From Octopus bimaculoides (lineage: Eukaryota): a stretch of DNA of 55,350 nucleotides. Below are positions 47,893-55,350 of the stretch, one piece after another. A model generated the notes under the pieces. The model saw only the letters and a list, made by a program, of their open reading frames with translations. It made no database searches and was not told where the DNA came from. The first letter of the stretch is position 1. Each line of letters begins with the position of its first letter. Location of the stretch: assembly GCF_001194135.2 (NCBI RefSeq), contig NC_068996.1, positions 14,391,583 through 14,446,932 of the forward strand, read 5' to 3'. Made by a program: the position numbers and the translations under genes.

Positions 47893-48050
47893 ATCATCAT
47901 CATCATCCTTTAATATCTGTTTTCCATGCTAGCATGGGTTGGGTGGTTTGACCAGAGCTGGCAAGCCAGATGATTGTAGCAACCTCTATTGTCTCTTTTG
48001 GCATGGTTTTTACAGCTAGATACCCTTCCTAACACCAACCACACAGACAA
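47893..48050 (-). mobile_element. Family D interspersed repeat
   Basis: (cat)n...ccatgctagcatgggttgg...tttttacagctagatacccttcctaacaccaacc. Confidence 0.7.
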
Positions 48051-48339
48051 TGCAAATTTCTAAGTATTAATACAAGAAGAAAAAGTATATAACAAATTAA
48101 TCTTATTTGAGTGATAGTGCCAGCTAAATAAAAAAACAAAAGCAAAGTATAAACGAGAAGAAACTGTAAACAATTTTTACTAAGAATCAGATGAAGTGTG
48201 TCAAGAGAAATAAATTAAATAAAATTAAAAAATTAAAAATTGCAAGAGATAGTTAAAACATGTTGTTGGTATTATTGTAATATGTCTTAAATATCTATGT
48301 TTGCATCACCTGAAACCGGCCCTTCTCAAGAAGGTAACT

Positions 48340-48990
48340 TTTACTCATACCAAGAGAACTGTTTCTACAGCTTGATTCCATTACTAATACTGAAAGAATG
48401 GTTTTTACTGCTGGATTTCCTTTCTAATGTCAAGAGTTTGTTAGATTCCTTACCTAATACCAAGAGAATGGTTTCTACAGCTAAATTTCCTGTGCGTGTA
48501 TGTGTGTGTATGCATTTTTGTATGTGTGTGCGTGTAGTTGTGTGTGTATGTGTGTGTGTACTGTCCAGGTGTCAAAACCATAATGATATCCATGGGGCAG
48601 CTGATGATGGAGCTATGTTGGATTGTTAGTATGGCTGTTTTTGTGTATGTGGAATCATATAATATCCTTTTGATATAAGAATTGTTTCTACAGCTGGATT
48701 CCCTTCCAAGTACCAAAGGAATGGTTTCTCCATTTGGATTTTCCTTCCTAATATGAAAAGAAGGGTGTCTACAGATGGATTTCCTTTTTAATACCAAGAG
48801 ATTAGTTTTTACTGCTATATTCCCTTCCGAATACCAAAAAAGTTATTTCGCCAGCTGCATTCCTTTCCATGGATGGTTTCTCAAGCCGGATTCCCTCTCA
48901 TACTCCTACAGAATGAATTTTACAGCTGGATTCCCTTCCTAATACCAAGAGAAGGATTTCTAGAGCTTGATTCATTTCTTAATACCTACA
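48340..48990. repeat. Degenerate minisatellite of about 40 bp, interrupted at about 48490-48660
   Basis: Roughly a dozen units resembling ccaagagaatggtttctacagctggattcccttcctaata. Confidence 0.8.
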
Positions 48991-49019
48991 GATTCATTTT
49001 TATAATTAGTTGCTCGATA

Positions 49020-49100
49020 TTGGGACATTTGCAACAAGTATTTCATTTGGAACAGCCAACTTGTGAAATCAAGGTACAAGCGGTTGAGCACTCTCTCTCT

Positions 49101-49152
<52 letters not shown>

Positions 49153-49350
49153 CCTTAATGTAGTTCTCACTGAGATTCACAGTGAAACAGAATGTGGCAA
49201 GGCTCACCCTTAGAATAACAGGTACAATTCATTTTTGCGAGCTGACAACTTGAAATAAAGTATCTTGTTTAAGGACATACCACACTGTCAGGAATCAATC
49301 TTGTGACCTTACAATCAAATACCCTACACACTAATCTACACACCTTTAAT
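49020..49350 (-). mobile_element. Degenerate family B SINE with (CA)n expansion
   Basis: cccttaatgtagttctcactgagattcacagtg is the reverse complement of the 14580 body (gagaactacgttagggg). Confidence 0.65.
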
Positions 49351-49384
49351 GGATGAGCTATACACACAAGTACACACACATACT

Positions 49385-49450
49385 TGACTAAAGGCAGTAC
49401 TCCAGCATGGCCACAGTCAAAATGACTGACATAAGTAAAAGAATAAAAGA
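49385..49450 (+). mobile_element. Family A SINE tail fragment
   Basis: gactaaaggcagtactccagcatggccacagtcaaaatgactgacataagtaaaagaataaaaga. Confidence 0.8.
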
Positions 49451-49500
49451 ACAACTCTGAATAAAAATACAAGATCCAAGAAATTCCAACATTTACTTAC

Positions 49501-49704
49501 CAAAACTACAATTTTTCCTTCCGGTTTAGGGATCTTCGGTTGGGCCTCATTCTTGTTATTTAACCAAATATCAAGATCACTTGTGCTGATTTGACCAACT
49601 TTTGGAAATTTCATATTCATAGCATTTATAACTTGATTCATTGGAAATTGTTTCAAGCTTGAAAATAGATTCGTTGAAACTGAAAATTGTTCAGTTGAAT
49701 CCAT
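49501..49704 (-). CDS. Rhodanese-like protein, first coding exon
   Basis: ATG immediately after acceptor ttttcttattttcag. 204 nt. Encodes MDSTEQ...MKFPKVGQISTSDLDIWL...GKIVVL. Donor TTG|gtaagt, phase 0, joins exon 2 (DVRP). An upstream exon must exist but was not located. Confidence 0.85.
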
Positions 49705-49751
49705 CTGAAAATAAGAAAAAAAGAAGGAAATGATATGAAAACAGTAGTAGA

Positions 49752-49975
49752 TTGTGGCCATGCTGGGGCACTGCCTTGAAGAATTTCTGGTTGAATGAAT
49801 TGACCCAGTACTTAATATTTCTTCAAAGGCAGGTACTTATACTATTGGTCACTTTTGTTGAACCGCCAGGTTATGGAAACGTAAACACACCTACACCAGT
49901 TGTCAAGTGGTGATGGAGGACAGACACAGAAACACACACACACCCATACCCATATATATATATATATATATANNN
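49752..49975 (-). mobile_element. Degenerate family A SINE 3' half
   Basis: ttgtggccatgctggggcactgcc...aaccgccaggttatggaaacgtaaacacacc...gttgtcaag is the reverse complement of the family A tail and body. Confidence 0.75.
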
Positions 49976-50117
49976 NNNNNNNNNNNNNNNNNNNNNNNNN
50001 NNNNNNNNNNNNNNNNNNNNNNNNNNNNNNNNNNNNNNNNNNNNNNNNNNNNNNNNNNNNNNNNNNNNNNNNAGATAGATAGATAGACAGATAGATAGAT
50101 AGATACATAGATAGATA

Positions 50118-50452
50118 AGGTAAAGACCCCCATTCATTCATGAGATGATCGTGGAATTACATCTAGAAAGTTCTCCGAGGCAGAAGTCCGGGCTGGGTTG
50201 CCCACAGAAGACCAGCAATCGCCCATGCATACCAGTTTCCTCTTTTCATGCCACCGATGTTATCAAAGGGAAAGTCAAAGGCCGATGCAGCTTGACACCA
50301 GTGACGTCGCAACTCATTTCTATAGCTAAGTGAACTGGAGCAATGTGAAATGAAGTGTTTTGCTCAAGAATACAACATACAGTCCGGTCTGGGAATCGGA
50401 CTCGCTATCATATGATTGTGAGCCCGACGCTCAAATAACAGAGCCATGCGTC
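50118..50452 (-). mobile_element. Family B-like SINE with a different 3' tail
   Basis: Minus-strand head, then tgttgtattcttgagcaaaacacttcatttcacattgctccagttcacttagct matches the 14580 body. The distal part does not match. Confidence 0.7.
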
Positions 50453-50477
50453 TAACTTATGTTTAACTACATTACTG

Positions 50478-50510
<33 letters not shown>

Positions 50511-52099
50511 TCTCTGTATGTCTATCTGTCTCTCTCTTTAAAACTACATAATCCGGCGTCTTATGTTTATTTTTAAAGACATCGTATGTTTTGAGGGAAC
50601 GATTTAGCATCTATATCCTTTTGAAAGCCATTGTATGTATTGCGGGAGATCTGGCCGCTATACCTAATAGAACGCATAACCAAATCTAGGATGCACTGTT
50701 AGTTAGCTAGAAACTTCTTTGCCATTTGAAGTGTGCTGTTTCACGTTTGGTATAAATTTATGGCCACAAGTCTTCAAAAGAAACGAATAAATATGTTCTG
50801 GTAGGAAATATCTGTGTGTGAAAAATATGTATATACGGAAGCAAACATTTGAAATTGTCAAACGAAAAATAAAAATGTCGCATTGTATGAGAAGAGTGGA
50901 AAGGGAAAAATGTTTATCTTTATGTAAAATGCGAAAAATTGGTCTGATGTCGTAGATGAAAGCAAAGCAGAGGAAACGAGAACTTATGTTCCTGGAGAAT
51001 TTTGTCATGTGTATTCCCGCNNNNNNNNNNNNNNNNNNNNNNNNNNNNNNNNNNNNNNNNNNNNNNNNNNNNNNNNNNNNNNNNNNNNNNNNNNNNNNNN
51101 NNNNNNNNNNNNNNNNNNNNNNNNNNNNNNNNNNNNNNNNNNNNNNNNNNNNNNNNNNNNNNNNNNNNNNNNNNNNNNNNNNNNNNNNNNNNNNNNNNNN
51201 NNNNNNNNNNNNNNNNNNNNNNNNNNNNNNNNNNNNNNNNNNNNNNNNNNNNNNNNNNNNNNNNNNNNNNNNNNNNNNNNNNNNNNNNNNNNNNNNNNNN
51301 NNNNNNNNNNNNNNNNNNNNNNNNNNNNNNNNNNNNNNNNNNNNNNNNNNNNNNNNNNNNNNNNNNNNNNNNNNNNNNNNNNNNNNNNNNNNNNNNNNNN
51401 NNNNNNNNNNNNNNNNNNNNNNNNNNNNNNNNNNNNNNNNNNNNNNNNNNNNNNNNNNNNNNNNNNNNNNNNNNNNNNNNNNNNNNNNNNNNNNNNNNNN
51501 NNNNNNNNNNNNNNNNNNNNNNNNNNNNNNNNNNNNNNNNNNNNNNNNNNNNNNNNNNNNNNNNNNNNNNNNNNNNNNNNNNNNNNNNNNNNNNNNNNNN
51601 NNNNNNNNNNNNNNNNNNNNNNNNNNNNNNNNNNNNNNNNNNNNNNNNNNNNNNNNNNNNNNNNNNNNNNNNNNNNNNNNATATATATATATGCCATGTG
51701 TATGTACTTTCGTTACATACATATGTGCATGCGCGCGCATGGGCACCTTTCTCTAGGAATATATAAACACACATACATATATTCAACTATACATAGATAC
51801 ATACACACAAACACATATTTATACATACACAAACACAAAATATATATGTAATTATTCGTGTATTTTTATATCAAGGCTGTTTCACAATTTACAACGTAGA
51901 ATACGGGAGAATGGAATCAATACTACGCAAATCTGATTACATAATGACCTAAAGTGAAGATGTTTGAATGTTATAACGAACAGTGTTGGGATTATATGAA
52001 ATAATGGAACCATTTTGGTTAACGATACCAGGATTGTTTGAAAAACTAAGTAACAGTTACAAGTAGATACGTGGAGAAAAATTAGACAAAGCTATACAA

Positions 52100-52335
52100 T
52101 AGGTGTAGCAATAGAAGAAGGTGCTGAACAATTCCCGGCTTTAAGGGTATCGCGAAAAGCCTGGTTGGAGGCCCAACCTTCCGAGTCCTTTTACAGGGTT
52201 TTGAAAAAACTGAAGGACTGTCGCAATAAGTGTGTGAATCTGAGAGGAGAATACGTTGAATAAAATCATAATTAACTGATCTTCCTGTATTTTCTTTTAC
52301 CCAAAGTCACGTACTTTTCAGCCCTTTGCCCCTGT
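52100..52335 (+). mobile_element. Mariner transposase C-terminal remnant
   Basis: WLEAQPSESFYRVLKKLKDCRNKCVNLRGEYVE* resembles the mariner end FYxxGIxKLxxRWxKCVxxxGEYVE*. Confidence 0.6.
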
Positions 52336-52629
52336 ATGTATATATGTGTATATATAAAAGCATGCACAAAATTGAGGAATTTAAAAAGATGTATGTACCC
52401 GAAATAATGCAGCAGAAACAAGTAGATGCGATAAGGTATCAATAAATTCTTTCAATTTGGAAATGATACGAATTAAATTACTCTACATTCTTTGAACTTC
52501 CAACTATGAAATATGTATTGTTGCTTGGATCAGCCATTCAAAGTATATACTTACAAAATATATATTTCGGGCCATGCCTACAAAACCTGACTGTATGTTT
52601 GTTTATTCTGTTTTTGTCCTGAAATAATT

Positions 52630-52850
52630 TAAAGAATTTCAGAATCGTTTGCGTGTTGGATAAAATGTTCAGCGGCTCTTCTTCCGGCTTTACGTTCCGA
52701 GTTTAAATCCCGCCGATATCAGCTTTGTCTTTCACCCTTTCGGAGTCTATAAAGTAAAGTATAAGTTAAACAACAGGGTCGTCGATTTAATGAACTAATG
52801 CCTTTCTCTGAAATTGCTGGCCTTGGACCTATAGTAGAAAGCATTATTTC
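52630..52850 (+). mobile_element. Degenerate family C SINE
   Basis: ttacgttccgagtttaaatcccgccg...gtctttcaccctttcggagtctataaag, with tail gaaattgctggccttg. Confidence 0.65.
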
Positions 52851-54730
52851 GGCTCTTGTTATAACCAAATCAAGGAAGCAGAGCCATTACTGTGCTCGCC
52901 AAATATTAATCTAGTTTTACCAAGTAAATGAATGTAGTCGTTTATTAAATTAGTAACATACTAAACTTTATGTTCTTTTAATTGTACTATATTATCTTCA
53001 AAAACAATTAACGAACAGAGATGAATAAGAAAATAAAGCAATATAATATATTCGTTATTCTCATTCTTATTCTTGATTCCAATATAGATTTTAACGATAA
53101 AAATCTATATTGGAGTTTAAGAATCAGTTATCTTATATATCTACTCTATATATACCCTAACCATATGCATCTTCCTACCCTATATATTCATGTAAGAAAC
53201 GATGAAATATCAAACTAAATAAATAGTTAGTTGGATCATATTTCTCCTATCCAATCCAACTATACTTGGTTGGACCGAAACGGATGCTGATTATAGCTTT
53301 GTCAGAGGAATTATCACGCCAACTATACTTTTGCAGGCCCTCCAAGATTAATTGGTTGAAATTAAGGAATCACCCAAAACTCATGAACATTTGCATTAAA
53401 AAGCAATGCATTGTTGTATTGATTTATCTTGAGATTTGAGATATGGTCCGAATACTTGCAGCTGAGTGGATTCAAGGTGGCGGTGTTAAACCAGATGACA
53501 ATTTAAGTCTGTCACCTAATAACAGAAGCCATCTAGCGGGCTTCGGTACAGAATGCAGTGTCTCTCAACAAAATTCCACTAAAATATCTTGGATTGACTC
53601 AAAGATATATTTACAAGACATTTTCACAATATTCTACACGGTGGTTTAGAACACAGAACAATGTGATTGTGAATTGAACTCATTAAGCCACAGTTATGCC
53701 TGTTAGCAATATATTTCACTATCTCCAGAAATGAGCAGCTACATATAAGTCGATGCTTTGTGAGAGTCGTCGCAGTGTCCGACAGAATGCTTTGATGTAC
53801 TCATTTACTTTCTGAGATCAAACCCGGTTAGGATAACTCTAGCTTTCTTTCTTCAACGGTCGAGAAATAAAGTGCTAGACTATAGAGGTGCATTAGTGGA
53901 ATCGTTCATTAGGGTGTCGGAGGATATAGCACAGTGTATTTGTTTCGGTTCTTTACGTTTTGAGTTCAAATTCTGGAGTTCAAATTCCAATGGCCACTTT
54001 AACATCTTTGTGTGTAATTAGCAAAGGAGTCCATCTTTTTGCAGGCATTAGTGTTGGATCTTCGGTTTGAATATATCTTTCGTCCCTCCCTCGTTAGAAA
54101 ATCACTGCCATCTATTCTTAGTAAACGATAAAAAATGTAGGCCCAACATAATGCTTGATTGGTCAACTAAATAACTACACTATACAGTCAAGTAATTTGC
54201 TGGTTCACATTGTTAATTTCTGTTCTTCCCATGTGATCAAAACAGCAGATAAATATCTTTGTGATCCCTTATCAGCAAAGATATTTATCTCTCATCTTAA
54301 CGCAAGCAAAGAAATACCACTCGACCGATTCGTTGGCTTCAAATCAATACTAAACTTATTACAGAAGCCTTTCCCTCGTGGATGTACTGAAATGTATTGT
54401 ATTTCTTTTCCTCTTCTAGCGTTACTATATTGGCTTTGATAGGCGCAGTTTGGCGGAACGATTCAGAAGTTCGCTTTGCAACCACAGGTTCGAAGTTATA
54501 GAAAACCATTTTTACCCAAAATGCTACTGTATGGTATTTTAGGTAAATGTCATTTTCTTGGTAAATGCATAAGAAAAATTCCTATAACAAATTCACGTCA
54601 TCATTTCCGTGAATTGGCATGACCGTTAGAACGTTTGGAAAAAGATGTATCATTTTTTATGACTCTTTTCATCTTGAATTCAAATCAGGCCTTGTGCGTA
54701 TAGTAGAAACGATTATCATCATCATCATCA

Positions 54731-54762
<32 letters not shown>

Positions 54763-54764
54763 TT

Positions 54765-55030
54765 ATGTTTGACTTTTGCTTTGCATTTGTACAAGTTGGA
54801 TCCAAGTCTCACCCAGAGACCTTAAGAGACAACAAGTTAGAAGTTCATGTAGGTGTTATGCCTAGGGTACCATATATTTGGATTTGTACATAGTGTTGTT
54901 CTAGAGAATGTTTATGAAACCATAAGAAAATTATGTGTTTGTTTTAAAATTTGAGATCACATAGACAGTATTTTACGTAGGATATGGGCAGTTCCCATGA
55001 GCACTATCTTTTGAACTTCAGCCATTTAAA
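54765..55030 (-). mobile_element. Short 5'-truncated R4/Dong-like LINE, second family
   Basis: KMAEVQKIVLMGTAHILRKILSM* (TGA at 54959-54957), then a 3' UTR ending in (AAT)n. Confidence 0.75.
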
Positions 55031-55050
55031 AAAAATAAAAAACAAAAAGA

Positions 55051-55092
<42 letters not shown>

Positions 55093-55095
<3 letters not shown>

Positions 55096-55350
55096 TAGTT
55101 TTATTTTTATAACGTGCTTTCACTTCACTACCGAGCGCAGCTCTGTGCGCCTTGGGTATGTGCTGTGGTTTGCTGTGGTGCTCTTATGTTTACTGTATTG
55201 AAAGTGTTTTGCGTAGAATGTGTGCAGTACCCAGTAGTGCAATTTTCTGTATGTTATATATATTTGTAAGTCCTGGTGTTTTTGTTATGTATTTGTCTGA
55301 ATATTTTTTTATTATACCTAAGGCACCTACTATGATAGGAATTGTTTCTG
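55093..55350 (-). mobile_element. R4/Dong-like LINE 3' end (continues past the window)
   Basis: KYITKTPGLTNIYNIQKIALLGTAHILRKTLSIQ*, then a 3' UTR ending in (AAT)n. Homologous to 41250-41665. Confidence 0.8.

Noticed and set aside
7262-51851. Long ORFs consisting mostly of X
   Set aside because: They are open only because they cross N gaps.
52540-52560. Possible donor (TTTT|gtaagtat, minus strand) of the missing upstream rhodanese exon
   Set aside because: A splice-like hexamer alone in AT-rich DNA is not enough, and there is no promoter or transcript evidence.

Overview
AT-rich, repeat-dominated eukaryotic genomic DNA with many N gaps. The SINE families and microsatellite load resemble Octopus (inference; no search was run). 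One intact host gene can be reconstructed by hand: a minus-strand, 4-coding-exon, 191-aa single-domain rhodanese-like protein (exons 49704-49501, 47745-47628, 43088-43002, 41897-41731; active-site loop YCSVGYRSS). Its last intron uses a non-canonical GC-AG donor. Intron 2 holds a decayed Penelope-like (Naiad-type) retroelement followed by a degenerate minimal hammerhead ribozyme motif, and the 3' UTR runs into an R4/Dong-like LINE fragment. Most of the remainder is decayed transposable elements: RTE, Tx1/L1, CRE and R4/Dong LINEs; two Gypsy LTR elements, one split by two related hAT elements; other hAT relics; a near full-length DD37D (maT) transposon; MITEs; and about 20 SINE copies from at least 4 families. 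One SINE has a 3' tail matching the 3' end of the Tx1 LINE. Most ORFs in the supplied track are microsatellite or N-gap artefacts. Family assignments come from recalled motifs, not database searches. TE boundaries are approximate unless a TIR or TSD is quoted.
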